From positions 1-38,519 of the forward strand of contig JAQGMT010000314.1 in NCBI GenBank assembly GCA_028292185.1: a stretch of 38,519 nt of DNA. The letters run 5' to 3'. The notes beneath the pieces were generated by a model. It was not told the origin of the DNA and did no database searches. It was given only the letters and a program-made list of their open reading frames with translations. The stretch comes from Ramlibacter sp. Its GTDB lineage: Bacteria > Pseudomonadota > Gammaproteobacteria > Burkholderiales > Burkholderiaceae_C. How positions within the stretch are numbered: position 1 is the stretch's first letter; every line of letters begins with the position of its first letter. Of this stretch, positions 27,729 to 38,415 are shown one piece after another. Both the position numbers and the translations under genes were made by a program.

Positions 27729-28515
27729 GGTCCTCGTTTTCGACATCGAATCCATTCCGGACGTCGCCGGCCTGCGGCTGCTGCGCGACGACCCCGCGGG
27801 CGCCACCGACCAATGGGTCTATTCCGCCTGGTGCGACGAGCGCGAGGGCGCGGGCAAGAGCAACTTCATGCCGCTGCATTTGCAGCGCGTGCTGGTGATC
27901 AGCTGCGTGTTTCGCAATGCCGAGGGCTTGCGCGTGCACTCGTTCGTCGACCGCGATGGCGCGAGCGAAGGCAAGGTCATCCAGACCTTCTTCAATACCC
28001 TGGAAAAGCACGTGCCGCAGCTGGTGAGCTGGAACGGTGGCGGCTTCGACTTGCCGGTGCTGCATTACCGCGGATTGCGTCACGGCGTGGTCGCGGACAA
28101 GTACTGGTCCATGGGCGAAGAGGGCGGCGCCGACGCGCGCGAGTTCAAGTACAACAACTACATCAGCCGCTACCACATGCGGCATCTCGACCTGATGGAC
28201 CTGCTGGCGATGTACCAGCCGAAGAACAACGCGCCGCTGGACGCGATGGCCAAACTCTGCGGTTTTCCCGGCAAGCTGGGCATGGACGGCTCGCAGGTGT
28301 ACTCCGCTTTCCTCGAGGGCAAGACCGAGGACATCCGCCGCTACTGCGAGACGGATGTGATGAACACCTACCTGGTGTATTGCCGCTTCCAGAAGATGCG
28401 CGGCGGCCTCACCGAAGCCGAATACGAGCAGGAGATCGCACTGGCGAAGGACACGCTCGCCGGCCTGGTCCCCGCCGAGCCGCACTGGCAGGAATACCTG
28501 GCCGCGTGGGGCTGA
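27718..28515 (+). CDS. 3'-5' exonuclease (PolB-proofreading-like, DEDD family)
   Basis: [35 protein letters not shown]. Usual position between rpoS and rlmD. Confidence 0.9.
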   Translation: MSWPVLVFDIESIPDVAGLRLLRDDPAGATDQWVYSAWCDEREGAGKSNFMPLHLQRVLVISCVFRNAEGLRVHSFVDRDGASEGKVIQTFFNTLEKHVPQLVSWNGGGFDLPVLHYRGLRHGVVADKYWSMGEEGGADAREFKYNNYISRYHMRHLDLMDLLAMYQPKNNAPLDAMAKLCGFPGKLGMDGSQVYSAFLEGKTEDIRRYCETDVMNTYLVYCRFQKMRGGLTEAEYEQEIALAKDTLAGLVPAEPHWQEYLAAWG

Positions 28516-28540
28516 GCGCGGGCGCCTGAGACAATCGGGC

Positions 28541-29977
28541 ATGTCCGATGAAGTTGAAAATGCGCCACCCTTGCCCGAGGGCTGGCTGAAAGTCGATGCG
28601 CTCGACGCCGACGCGCGGGGGGTCGCCCGCCGCGCCGACGGCAAGGTGGTGTTCATCGAAGGCGCGCTGCCCTTCGAGCTGGTTTCCTCCAACGTCCACC
28701 GAAAGAAGAACAACTGGGAGCAAGGCACGCTCACCGCGCTGCACCGCGAGTCGTCGCAGCGCGTGGTGCCACGCTGTCCGCATTTCGGATTGCATGAAGG
28801 CGCCTGCGGCGGTTGCAAGATGCAGCACCTGCACGTGGCCGCCCAGGTGGCCATCAAGCAGCGGGTGCTCGAAGACAACCTCTGGCACCTGGGCAAGGTG
28901 AAGGCCGACAATGTGTTGCGTCCGATTGAAGGGCCGGCCTGGGGTTACCGCTGGCGCGCCCGTTTTTCGGTGCGCCACGTGCACAAGAAGGGCACGGTGC
29001 TGGTGGGCTTCCACGAGCGCAAGAGCCGCTACGTCGCGGACATTCGCGAATGCCACGTGGTGCCGCCGCATGTGAGCGATTTGCTGATGCCGTTGCGCGA
29101 GCTGATCGGCTCGCTCGACGCCATCGAGACCTGCCCGCAGATCGAGTTGGCCTGCGGCGACGAAGTCACGGCGCTGGTGCTGCGGCATCTGGAGCCGCTG
29201 AGCGCGTCCGACCTGGCCAAGCTGCGCGCCTTCGCGAACGAGCATCCACCGGTGCAATGGTGGTTGCAGTCCAAGGGACCCGATACGGTGAAGCTGCTGG
29301 ACGAGCCTTCGGAGGGTTCCGCGGGCCCCACGCTGAGCTACGCGATTCCCGAATTCGGCATCACCATGCCGTTCAAGCCGACCGACTTCACGCAGGTCAA
29401 TCCGCACGTCAATCGCGTGCTGGTGGCGCGCGCCATGCGCTTGCTGGATGCACAGCCCGACGAGCGCGTGATCGACTGGTTCTGCGGCCTGGGTAATTTC
29501 ACGCTGCCGATTGCGACGCGCGCGCGCGAGGTGCTCGGCCTGGAAGGAAGCGAGGCGCTGGTGGTGCGCTCTCGCGAAAACTACGCGAGCAATCAGCGGG
29601 CGAGGGACGGCAAGCGGCCCCTGGGCGCAGTGACCTTCGCCGCCCGCAACCTGTTCGAGATGACGCCGCAGCAACTGGTCGCGGACGGGCCCGCCGATCG
29701 CTGGCTGGTCGACCCGCCGCGCGAAGGAGCTTTCGCCCTGGCGAAAGCCATGGTGGATTTGCACCAGCAGCCGGAGTTGCGCGGCAGCTGGACGCCGCCG
29801 CGCCGCATCGTGTACGTCAGCTGCAACCCGGCGACGCTGGCCCGCGACGCGGGCCTGCTGGTGCATCAGGGCGGCTATGAGTGCACGGCGGCGGGGGTGG
29901 TGAACATGTTCCCGCACACCGCGCACGTGGAATCCATCGCCGTGTTCGACAGCGCAGTAAACAAAAACGGGGCCTGA
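28541..29977 (+). CDS. rlmD: 23S rRNA (uracil1939-C5)-methyltransferase
   Basis: TRAM domain, CPHF..CGGC Fe-S motif, [38 protein letters not shown]. Confidence 0.95.
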   Translation: MSDEVENAPPLPEGWLKVDALDADARGVARRADGKVVFIEGALPFELVSSNVHRKKNNWEQGTLTALHRESSQRVVPRCPHFGLHEGACGGCKMQHLHVAAQVAIKQRVLEDNLWHLGKVKADNVLRPIEGPAWGYRWRARFSVRHVHKKGTVLVGFHERKSRYVADIRECHVVPPHVSDLLMPLRELIGSLDAIETCPQIELACGDEVTALVLRHLEPLSASDLAKLRAFANEHPPVQWWLQSKGPDTVKLLDEPSEGSAGPTLSYAIPEFGITMPFKPTDFTQVNPHVNRVLVARAMRLLDAQPDERVIDWFCGLGNFTLPIATRAREVLGLEGSEALVVRSRENYASNQRARDGKRPLGAVTFAARNLFEMTPQQLVADGPADRWLVDPPREGAFALAKAMVDLHQQPELRGSWTPPRRIVYVSCNPATLARDAGLLVHQGGYECTAAGVVNMFPHTAHVESIAVFDSAVNKNGA

Positions 29978-29990
29978 AGGCCCCGTTTTT
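29963..29990. terminator. Bidirectional intrinsic terminator between rlmD and yccA
   Basis: AAAAACGGGGCC-TGAA-GGCCCCGTTTTT. The rlmD stop codon lies in the loop. Confidence 0.9.
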
Positions 29991-30006
29991 GGCAGTCGAC
30001 GCGTCT

Positions 30007-30696
30007 TTAATCGCGTTCGCCGCCCGCGATGCCCAGCAGCATCAGCAAGCTCTGGAACACGTTGTACGCGTCCAGGTACAAGGCCAGCGTGGCGGTGATG
30101 TAGTTGGTCTCGCCGCCGTCGACAATGCGCTTGAGGTCATACAACATGTAGGCGCTGAAAACGCCGATCGCCATCACGCTGATCACCAGCATGCCGGTGG
30201 TGGAACCGACGAACACATTGATGATGCCGCCGATCATGATGGCCAGCGCGCCGACGAACAGCCACTTGCCCATGCCCGACAGGTCGCGCTTGATGATGCT
30301 GGACAGGCTGGCCATGACGAAGAACACCCCTGCGGTGCCGCCGAAGGCCGTCATCACCAGGCTGGGGCCGTTCTTGAAACCCAGGACCATCGCGATCAGC
30401 CGCGAGAGCATCAAGCCCATGAAAAAGGTGAACGCCAGCAGCACCGGCACGCCGGCCGCCGAATTCTTGGTTTTTTCGATCGCGAAGATGAAGCCGAAGG
30501 CGCCGACGAGGAAAACGACCAAGCCGAATCCGCCGGACAGTGTGTTGGTGATCCCGGTGGCCACGCCGATCCAGGCGCCCAGCACCGTGGGCAGCAAGCT
30601 CAAGGCCAGCAGCCAGTAGGTGTTGCGCAGGACGCGGTTGCGCTGTTCCAGCGGGACGGCGTAGCCGTAATTCGCGGAGGTGACTTGCTCGTTCAT
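30007..30696 (-). CDS. yccA: Bax inhibitor-1 / YccA family membrane protein
   Basis: NRVLRNTYWLL, 7 TMs, GGETNYITATLALYLD. Confidence 0.93.
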   Translation of the reverse strand: MNEQVTSANYGYAVPLEQRNRVLRNTYWLLALSLLPTVLGAWIGVATGITNTLSGGFGLVVFLVGAFGFIFAIEKTKNSAAGVPVLLAFTFFMGLMLSRLIAMVLGFKNGPSLVMTAFGGTAGVFFVMASLSSIIKRDLSGMGKWLFVGALAIMIGGIINVFVGSTTGMLVISVMAIGVFSAYMLYDLKRIVDGGETNYITATLALYLDAYNVFQSLLMLLGIAGGERD

Positions 30697-30726
30697 ATCC
30701 AGCTCTCCTTATGCCTGACGGCAGTT

Positions 30727-30754
30727 AGATGGGCGCATTCTAGGTTGGTTCAAG
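30727..30754 (-). promoter_or_regulatory. Sigma32 (RpoH)-like promoter for yccA
   Basis: Minus strand CTTGAA-14 nt-GCCCATCT. Confidence 0.6.
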
Positions 30755-30846
30755 GCCCGGAAGCATAAAGGCCGTACTGGGCGCACGGCGTCGCTCAACA
30801 GCCGCTATGCTTCGAGCTCGATCAACCTACGTGCGGAGCGACGTCC

Positions 30847-31254
30847 ATGAAACAGAAACTGGGGCTGGAACTGGCTGACGTCAAGGCCATCGCTGGCGCA
30901 GCCGAAGCGGAGGCGTTGAAGAACCACTGGGCCGTCAGCATCGCCATCGTCGACGACGGCGGGCACCTTTTGTGGCTGCAACGGCTGGATGGCGCGCCGC
31001 CGATTTCGGCCCACATCGCGCCGGCGAAGGCGAATACGGCCGCGTTGGGCCGGCGTGAGAGCCGCGTGTACGAGGAGGTGATCAACGGCGGGCGCTTCTC
31101 GTTCCTCAGCGCACCCGATCTCAAAGGCATGCTCGAGGGCGCGGTCCCCATCTTGAAGGACGGTCAATGCCTGGGCGCGGTCGGCGTCAGCGGAGTGAAG
31201 TCGAGCGACGACGTGCAGATCGCCCGCGCCGGAATCGCGGCGCTCGGCCTCTGA
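30847..31254 (+). CDS. GlcG/HbpS family heme-binding protein
   Basis: VSIAIVDDGGHL..LQRLDGA, AKANTAA, GAVGVSG motifs. Confidence 0.9.
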   Translation: MKQKLGLELADVKAIAGAAEAEALKNHWAVSIAIVDDGGHLLWLQRLDGAPPISAHIAPAKANTAALGRRESRVYEEVINGGRFSFLSAPDLKGMLEGAVPILKDGQCLGAVGVSGVKSSDDVQIARAGIAALGL

Positions 31255-31301
31255 CGCTAGAGCAGCTGCGCAACTGTGCAGGAGCGCAGCGGCGTCCCGC
31301 C

Positions 31302-31715
<414 letters not shown>

Positions 31716-31716
31716 G

Positions 31717-32430
31717 TCAGCTCCGGTTCTTCATGGGCACGACCTTGGGGCCGCCGTTGCCGGACACCCGCGCGCCGGTGAGGAAGTAGGCGTGCAGGTC
31801 GTGCGAAAAACGATTCAGCCGGTGCAGCACCGACTTGTTGCCTCGCACCAGCGCGTTGTAGCCCAGGACCGCGGGAATGGCGACCGCCAATCCCAGCGCC
31901 GTCATGATCAAGGCCTCGCCGATGGGCCCGGCTACCTTGTCGATGGTGGCCTGGCCCGCGGCGCTGATGGACATCAAGGCGTGATAGATGCCCCAGACGG
32001 TGCCCAGCAGGCCGACGAAGGGCGCGGTCGAGCCGACCGAGGCCAGCACGGCCAGCCCCGATTGCAGCCGCGCCGTTGCGGCATCGATGGAATTTCGCAG
32101 GGAGCGGGTCAGCCATTCGCTGACATCGAGCGAATCGTGCAGCGTGGGCTGCGCATGATGGTGGGCCGTCGCCTCCCGGCCCTCCAATGCCAATGCGCGA
32201 AACGGATTCCCCGGGTCCTCGCCCAACTTGCTCAACCCGTCACCAAAGTCCGAGGCGTGCCAGAAGCTTTCCGCCGCGCGGGCCTGGGCGGCGAACCTGC
32301 GCAGGTCCAACGCCTTGACGATGATGACGATCCACGTCGATAAGGACATCACCAGCAGCAGCAGTGCAACACCCCGGGTGACGATGTCCCCTTGGTTCCA
32401 CAAATTGGCCAGGCCGAATTGATTGTTCAT
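31717..32430 (-). CDS. exbB: ExbB (MotA/TolQ/ExbB proton channel)
   Basis: LASVGSTAPFVGLLGTVWGI and EALIMTALGLAVAIPAV. Confidence 0.94.
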   Translation of the reverse strand: MNNQFGLANLWNQGDIVTRGVALLLLVMSLSTWIVIIVKALDLRRFAAQARAAESFWHASDFGDGLSKLGEDPGNPFRALALEGREATAHHHAQPTLHDSLDVSEWLTRSLRNSIDAATARLQSGLAVLASVGSTAPFVGLLGTVWGIYHALMSISAAGQATIDKVAGPIGEALIMTALGLAVAIPAVLGYNALVRGNKSVLHRLNRFSHDLHAYFLTGARVSGNGGPKVVPMKNRS

Positions 32431-32438
32431 GTCGCTTG

Positions 32439-33137
32439 CTACTCCAGCACAAAATTGATCGGTACGTTCACCCACATGGCTTCGGGCACGCCGCCGCGCT
32501 TGCCTGGCACATAGCGCCATTTCATTGCCGTGGCCTTGGCAGCCTGGTCCAGCCGTTCGAAGCCGCTGGATTGCCGCACCTCCGCTTGTTGCGGCAGGCC
32601 ATCGACGCCGATGAACACGCGCACCACCACTTTGCCTTGTTCGCCCAGGCGTTTGCTGATCGCCGGGTAAGGGGGCTTGGGATTTTGCAGGTAATCGGCG
32701 TCGCTCGTCGGCAGCTCGATGCGCGCCGGGGCGGGGGCAGCGGCAGGCGGGGAGGGGGCGGGCGCCACCGGTGCCGCGATCGGCGGAGCCGGCGGCTGCG
32801 GCGCCGTGACGCCGGTCGGCGCGTTCGGTGCTGGCGGCGCATCGCGAATGGCGAGAGGTTGCGGCGCGGGCGGCGGCACGCGCTCCACCTTCTTGACGGT
32901 TTGGGGCTTGACTCGCGGGGGCGGCTCGGGTGGCGGCGCCGGCGTTGGCTCGTTCTTCGGCTGCGGCGGCGTCACCAACTCGCTCAGGATCTCCACGGGC
33001 ACAATTATTTCAACCGTGCGGCGCAACAGCCCGCTCTGCAATGCCCACAGGGCGGCGGCGTGAAACAGCACCACGCTGCCGCCGATGACGATATAGCGGT
33101 GGGACTGGCGCACGGAAGAATAGGCGGGAGCGGGCAA
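32439..33137 (-). CDS. tonB: Energy transducer TonB
   Basis: TM with S/H motif (SVVLFHAA), Pro-rich linker, [20 protein letters not shown]. Start uncertain (TTG 33137 or GTG 33113). Confidence 0.9.
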   Translation of the reverse strand: MPAPAYSSVRQSHRYIVIGGSVVLFHAAALWALQSGLLRRTVEIIVPVEILSELVTPPQPKNEPTPAPPPEPPPRVKPQTVKKVERVPPPAPQPLAIRDAPPAPNAPTGVTAPQPPAPPIAAPVAPAPSPPAAAPAPARIELPTSDADYLQNPKPPYPAISKRLGEQGKVVVRVFIGVDGLPQQAEVRQSSGFERLDQAAKATAMKWRYVPGKRGGVPEAMWVNVPINFVLE

Positions 33138-33181
33138 ACCTGAAGTGTAGAAGGCTGGGGGCGCGCACCCGGCGCGCGATC

Positions 33182-33391
33182 TCAGGCTTGCGCGGCCGCT
33201 GTTTCGCGATGCAGGCAGGCGACCGGCTGCAAGGCGCTGCATTGGGCAACCACCTCGCGGGCGCAGCCTTCACACTGCCCGCACTGCGTCGCGACGCCCA
33301 GTTCGAACTGCACATCGTCGAAATCCATGCCGGCGCGCACATGCCGGGCAATTTCGCGGTCGGAGACACGGCGGCAGACGCAAACGATCAT
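33182..33391 (-). CDS. bfd: Bacterioferritin-associated ferredoxin
   Basis: [11 protein letters not shown]...GVATQCGQC [2Fe-2S] motif. Confidence 0.93.
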   Translation of the reverse strand: MIVCVCRRVSDREIARHVRAGMDFDDVQFELGVATQCGQCEGCAREVVAQCSALQPVACLHRETAAAQA

Positions 33392-33422
33392 GGCGGGGTT
33401 CGGTGAGGTGAATCAGTGCATA

Positions 33423-33455
33423 AATTATAAACACGAATCGATCTCATTTATAATT
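33423..33455. promoter_or_regulatory. Fur box between divergent TATAAT -10 elements (bfd / FTR1)
   Basis: AAACACGAATCGATCTCATTT (33429-49) matches 16/21 of AAATGAGAATCATTCTCATTT. Flanked by the AATTATAAA/TTTATAATT inverted repeat. Confidence 0.75.
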
Positions 33456-33481
33456 GACCAATCTTAAGTTGGGGGTAAACC

Positions 33482-34252
33482 ATGCTGCAGACCTTGCTGA
33501 TTGCTTTCCGGGAGGGGCTCGAAGCCCTGCTCATCGTGGCGATAGCCGCGCTGTACCTGCGGCGCACCGGCCGTGAAGGGCTTGTGTCCGCAATTCGAGC
33601 GGGCGTGGTGGGCGCGCTTGCGCTCTCGGCCGTCCTCGGCATCGTGCTGGCTCAGGTGGGTGCGCTTTCGCCCGCCTGGGAGGGCGTGATGGCGTGGATA
33701 GCCGCCGCTGCCGTGATCAGTTGCACGGCCCACATGCTGCGCATGGGCCGGCACATGAAAAAGCACATCGATGGCCGGCTGGGGAATGCCGCCGAGCAGC
33801 AGGGCCGCAGCGCCTGGTGGGCGGTGTTCGCATTCGCGCTGTTCATGGTGGGCCGCGAAGGCGTGGAGACGGCCACCATGATCGCGGCGCTTGCAGTCAA
33901 CGGCGACCTGCGACACATGGCCGTCGGCGGCGCGCTCGGATTCGCGCTGGCTGCGTGGATTGCGTGGCTCTGGACGCAGCATGGCAGCAAGGTCAACCTG
34001 GCCCGCTTCTTCCAGGTGACGGCGGTATTCATGATCGCCTTCTCCGCGCAGCTGCTGCTACACGGGTTCCATGAATTCACCGAGGCGGGCTTGGTGCCGG
34101 GCATCGACAACGCCTGGTGGCATCAAGCCACGGAAGATCTGGCCGAGGGCACCGTGGCCCAGGTGATCTCCGTGCTGATGGTGGCAGTGCCGTCGATCTG
34201 GCTGGTCGGCGCCTTCTGGAAGGACCGGCGCAGCGCGCGCGTGGCCGGTTAG
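33482..34252 (+). CDS. FTR1/EfeU family iron permease
   Basis: Two RExxE motifs (REGLEA, REGVET), about 7 TMs, GFHEFTE. Confidence 0.92.
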   Translation: MLQTLLIAFREGLEALLIVAIAALYLRRTGREGLVSAIRAGVVGALALSAVLGIVLAQVGALSPAWEGVMAWIAAAAVISCTAHMLRMGRHMKKHIDGRLGNAAEQQGRSAWWAVFAFALFMVGREGVETATMIAALAVNGDLRHMAVGGALGFALAAWIAWLWTQHGSKVNLARFFQVTAVFMIAFSAQLLLHGFHEFTEAGLVPGIDNAWWHQATEDLAEGTVAQVISVLMVAVPSIWLVGAFWKDRRSARVAG

Positions 34253-34728
34253 CTCAGCTCGCCCGCGGCCTGCAGCTGCAGGTAGTTCTGCAGGCCGATC
34301 TTCGCCAGCACGTCGATCTGGGTTTCCAGGTAGTCGATGTGCTCCTCGGTATCTTTCAGGATGTCCTCGAGGATCTCGCGCGACACGTAGTCCCGCACGC
34401 TCTCGCAGTGCGCGATGCCGTCTTTCACCGCGGCCTGCGCGCCACGTTCGCTGCGCAAATCGCAGTCGAGGATCTCGGGCACGTCCTCGCCCACCAGCAA
34501 CTTGCCCAGGTCCTGCAGGTTGGGCAGCCCATCGAGCATCAGGATGCGTTCCATCAAGCGGTCGGCGTGCTTCATTTCGCCGATGGACTCCTCATACTCC
34601 TTCTTCGCCAGCCGCTCGAAGCCCCAATGCTTGAGGATGCGGTAGTGCAGGAAGTATTGGTTGGTGGCAGTGAGCTCGTTTCGCAGCTGCGCCTGAAGGT
34701 GCTGGATGACTTGGGGATCGCCTTGCAT
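34249..34728 (-). CDS. bfr: Bacterioferritin
   Basis: ELTATNQYFLH, EMKHAD (heme Met), GLPNLQ, EEHID. Confidence 0.96.
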   Translation of the reverse strand: MQGDPQVIQHLQAQLRNELTATNQYFLHYRILKHWGFERLAKKEYEESIGEMKHADRLMERILMLDGLPNLQDLGKLLVGEDVPEILDCDLRSERGAQAAVKDGIAHCESVRDYVSREILEDILKDTEEHIDYLETQIDVLAKIGLQNYLQLQAAGELS

Positions 34729-34788
34729 GGTGCACTCCGCGGTATCTGAGGCGCGATTGTGGCCGATCCCCGGCTTGCCGGGTAGCCG

Positions 34789-35610
34789 TCAATACTCGAG
34801 CCGCTCCGGCCGGATCTCCTGCAGGATCGTGGTGGCGATTTCCTCGATCGACTTGGTCGTCGTGCTCAGCCACCGGATGCCCGCGCGCCGCATCATCGCT
34901 TCGGCCTCGCCCACTTCCATGCGGCAGTTCTCCAGCGCGGCATAGCGCGAATTCGGGCGCCGCTCGTTGCGGATTTCGGCCAGGCGCTCCGGCTGGATCG
35001 TCAGGCCGAAGATCTTCTTGGTGTACGGCACCACCGCGCCGGGCAGCTGCTGGCGCTCGAAGTCTTCGGGGATCAGCGGGTAGTTGGCCGCCTTCAGGCC
35101 GTACTGCATGGCCAGGTACAGCGAGGTCGGCGTCTTGCCGCTGCGGCTCACGCCCACCAGGATCACGTCGGCGTGCTCCAGGTCCCGATTGGACTGGCCG
35201 TCATCGTGCGCCAGGCTGAAGTTGATCGCTTCGATGCGGTCGTGGTACTCCTTGCTTCGGCTCACGTCCGAGAAGCGGCCGATGCGATGGTTCGACTTCA
35301 GCCCGAGTTCGATCTCCAGCGGCCGCACGAAAGTGCCGAACATGTCCAGCAACATGCCTTTGCAGCCGTCCTCCAGCACCTTCAGGATCTCGACGTTGAC
35401 CAGGGTGGTGAACACGATGGGCTTAAGGCCCTCGATGCCGGCTGTGTGGTTGACCTGGCGCACCGCTTGATGAGCTTTGTCTACGCTGTCGACGAAGGGC
35501 AGGCGCACGTGTCGCGGCTTGAACTCGAACTGCGCCAGGATGGCGTTGCCGAAGGTTTCGGCCGTGATGCCGGTGCCGTCGGAGATGAAAAAAACGGTGC
35601 GCGTGTGCAT
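34789..35610 (-). CDS. ppsR: PEP synthase regulatory kinase/pyrophosphorylase (DUF299)
   Basis: FFISDGTGITAE, HDDG, GVSRSGKTPTSLYLA, SIEEIA. Divergent from ppsA. Confidence 0.95.
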   Translation of the reverse strand: MHTRTVFFISDGTGITAETFGNAILAQFEFKPRHVRLPFVDSVDKAHQAVRQVNHTAGIEGLKPIVFTTLVNVEILKVLEDGCKGMLLDMFGTFVRPLEIELGLKSNHRIGRFSDVSRSKEYHDRIEAINFSLAHDDGQSNRDLEHADVILVGVSRSGKTPTSLYLAMQYGLKAANYPLIPEDFERQQLPGAVVPYTKKIFGLTIQPERLAEIRNERRPNSRYAALENCRMEVGEAEAMMRRAGIRWLSTTTKSIEEIATTILQEIRPERLEY

Positions 35611-35803
35611 GAGCTGGCCCTTGTGGTTCGGCGTCGGCTGCGAGCCCGCTGAAGGGCGGCGCGGCCTACAATGAAGGCAATTATCCGATTCCCCCGCGCA
35701 TGTCCCGCTTCGGCCCATTCGAACAACATCCAAGCCCGACGCCTGGCCATGCCGCGCCGCTGCACCGCAGCGCAGACCCGCTTTTTACTTTTGGAGCTTT
35801 CCC

Positions 35804-38236
35804 ATGTCTGCACTTGCACGGCCCACCGCCACGGAGAATCGCCTAGGCAACCTGCTGGTTGTTCCGTTTGAAAACCTGAGAATGAGCGACGTCGAGAGCG
35901 TCGGCGGCAAGAACGCCAGCCTCGGCGAGATGATCTCGCAGCTGCCCGACGGCGTGCGCGTACCCACGGGGTTCGCGACCACCGCCTTCGCTTTCCGCCA
36001 GTTCCTCGCCCATGCCGGCCTTGCGCAACGCATCGCCGACCGCTTGAGCTCACTCGACACCGAAGACGTCCGCGCGCTGGCTGCGGCCGGTGCCGAAATT
36101 CGCGGCTGGATCGAAGCCCAACCTTTCCCGGCCGACCTGGAAGACGCCATCCGTACTTCCTTCGCCGCCTTGTCCGCAGGCAATGCGAAGGCGAGTTTCG
36201 CCGTGCGCTCGTCGGCCACTGCCGAGGACCTGCCCGACGCATCCTTCGCCGGGCAGCAGGAAACTTTCCTGAACGTGGTCGGCATCGACGGGGTGCTGCA
36301 CAAGATGAAAGAGGTGTTCGCGTCGCTGTACAACGATCGCGCCATCAGCTATCGCGTGCACAAGGGCTTCGCCCATTCGAATGTGGCGCTGTCGGCCGGC
36401 GTGCAGCGGATGGTGCGCAGCGACCTGGGCGCCGCGGGCGTGATGTTCACGATCGACACCGAATCCGGCTTCGACCAGGTGGTGTTCATCACCTCCAGTT
36501 ATGGCCTGGGCGAGACGGTGGTGCAAGGCGCGGTGAATCCCGACGAGTTCTACGTCCACAAGCCGATGCTGGCGGCGGGCAAGCGCGCGGTGATCCGCCG
36601 CAACCTGGGTTCCAAGCTGATCCAGATGGTGTTCGCCGACGCGGGCGACGGTGCGGGGAAGCTGGTGAAGACCACGGACGTGCCGCTGGAAATGCGCAAC
36701 CGCTATTCGCTGACCGACGCTGAAGTGGAGGAGCTCGCGCGCTTCGCGCTGCTGATCGAGCGCCACTACGGCCGGCCGATGGACATCGAATGGGGCAAGG
36801 ACGGCATCGATGGCCAGATCTACATCCTGCAGGCGCGGCCGGAAACGGTGAAGAGCCAGCAGCACGGCAAGCCCGAGATGCGCTACAAGCTCAAGGGGCG
36901 CGCCGCGGTGCTGGCCGAGGGCCGCGCCATCGGCCAGAAGATCGGCACCGGGCCGGTGCGCCTGGTGCACAGCGTGCGTGAGATGGACAAGGTGCAGGCC
37001 GGCGACGTGCTGGTCACCGACATGACCGACCCGAACTGGGAGCCGGTGATGAAGCGAGCCAGTGCCATCGTCACCAACCGCGGCGGCCGCACCTGCCACG
37101 CCGCGATCATCGCGCGTGAACTGGGCATCCCCGCAGTGGTCGGCTGCGGCGACGCCACCGAACACCTCAAGGACGGCACGCTGGTGACGGTGAGCTGCGC
37201 CGAAGGCGACACCGGCTTCATCTACGACGGCCTGCTGGAAACCGAAATAACGGAGGTCCGGCGCGGCGCGATGCCCAAGTGCCCGGTGAAGATCACGATG
37301 AACATCGGCAACCCGCAACTGGCGTTCGACTTCTGCCAGCTGCCCAACGAAGGCGTTGGCCTGGCGCGGCTCGAGTTCATCATCAACAACAACATCGGCG
37401 TCCATCCGAAAGCCATCCTCGACTATCCCAACGTCGATGCCGACCTGAAGAAAGCGGTGGAGTCGGTTGCGCGCGGCCACGCGTCGCCACGCGCGTTCTA
37501 TGTCGACAAGGTCGCCGAGGGGATCGCGACCATCGCCGCCGCCTTCTGGCCCAAGCCGGTGATCGTTCGCCTGTCGGATTTCAAGAGCAATGAATACCGC
37601 AAATTGATCGGCGGCTCGCGTTACGAACCCGAGGAAGAGAACCCGATGCTGGGCTTTCGCGGCGCCGCGCGCTACATCAGCGCGGAGTTCCGCGAGGCGT
37701 TCGCGATGGAGTGCGAGGCGCTGCGCCGGGTGCGCAACGAGATGGGCCTGGTCAACGTGCAGGTGATGGTGCCGTTCGTGCGCACGCTGGGGCAAGCCGA
37801 CCGTGTCACGAAGCTGCTGGCCGAGCAGGGGCTCAAGCGAGGCGAGGGCGGCGACGGGAGCGCCGAGTCCAAGCTCAAGATCATCATGATGTGCGAGGTC
37901 CCGAGCAACGCGATCCTGGCCGACCAGTTCCTTGAATACTTCGACGGGTTCTCGATCGGCTCCAACGACCTGACCCAGCTCACCTTGGGGCTGGACCGCG
38001 ACTCCGGCCTGGAACTGCTCGCGGCGGATTTCGACGAGCGCGATCCGGCCGTCAAGGCGATGCTCAGTCGCTCCATCAAGGCTTGCCTCGCGCAAGGCAA
38101 GTACGTCGGCATCTGCGGACAGGGGCCCAGCGATCACCCCGACTTCGCGCAATGGCTGGTGGACGAGGGCATCACCTCGATCTCGCTGAACCCCGACAGC
38201 GTGATCGCCACCTGGCAGCAACTGGCCGGCGTCTGA
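35804..38236 (+). CDS. ppsA: Phosphoenolpyruvate synthase
   Basis: [44 protein letters not shown]. Confidence 0.97.
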   Translation: MSALARPTATENRLGNLLVVPFENLRMSDVESVGGKNASLGEMISQLPDGVRVPTGFATTAFAFRQFLAHAGLAQRIADRLSSLDTEDVRALAAAGAEIRGWIEAQPFPADLEDAIRTSFAALSAGNAKASFAVRSSATAEDLPDASFAGQQETFLNVVGIDGVLHKMKEVFASLYNDRAISYRVHKGFAHSNVALSAGVQRMVRSDLGAAGVMFTIDTESGFDQVVFITSSYGLGETVVQGAVNPDEFYVHKPMLAAGKRAVIRRNLGSKLIQMVFADAGDGAGKLVKTTDVPLEMRNRYSLTDAEVEELARFALLIERHYGRPMDIEWGKDGIDGQIYILQARPETVKSQQHGKPEMRYKLKGRAAVLAEGRAIGQKIGTGPVRLVHSVREMDKVQAGDVLVTDMTDPNWEPVMKRASAIVTNRGGRTCHAAIIARELGIPAVVGCGDATEHLKDGTLVTVSCAEGDTGFIYDGLLETEITEVRRGAMPKCPVKITMNIGNPQLAFDFCQLPNEGVGLARLEFIINNNIGVHPKAILDYPNVDADLKKAVESVARGHASPRAFYVDKVAEGIATIAAAFWPKPVIVRLSDFKSNEYRKLIGGSRYEPEEENPMLGFRGAARYISAEFREAFAMECEALRRVRNEMGLVNVQVMVPFVRTLGQADRVTKLLAEQGLKRGEGGDGSAESKLKIIMMCEVPSNAILADQFLEYFDGFSIGSNDLTQLTLGLDRDSGLELLAADFDERDPAVKAMLSRSIKACLAQGKYVGICGQGPSDHPDFAQWLVDEGITSISLNPDSVIATWQQLAGV

Positions 38237-38288
38237 CCCATTCGACCGCGCCGTGGTCCGGGTGCATGACCGGCGCCTTGGCGAAAAC

Positions 38289-38304
38289 CTAGGGATTACC
38301 CCAG
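38289..38304. promoter_or_regulatory. Near-palindrome CTAGGG-ATTA-CCCCAG, candidate operator
   Basis: One mismatch from a perfect inverted repeat, about 110 nt upstream of the MFS start. Confidence 0.4.
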
Positions 38305-38415
38305 CGCTTTGCGAGCGCTTGGGCCTTGGCTGCGCCCTTGCGCATAAGTCAGCTTGGCTTCAGACTTAGGTTGTAACTGGCTGGCTCGCCGGCCCAACAA
38401 CTAAAGGAGACCTTC

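Noticed and set aside
26397-27806. 469-aa ORF antisense to rpoS that shares the mirrored MSWP start created by the hairpin
   Set aside because: Codon-mirror shadow of rpoS with no recognisable domain. The minus strand lacks the -10 at the hairpin apex.
36050-38221. Long antisense ORFs over ppsA (similar ones over ppiD 17050-19260, eptA 9755-11548 and rlmD 28409-29926)
   Set aside because: Typical shadow frames of GC-rich genes with no motifs of their own.
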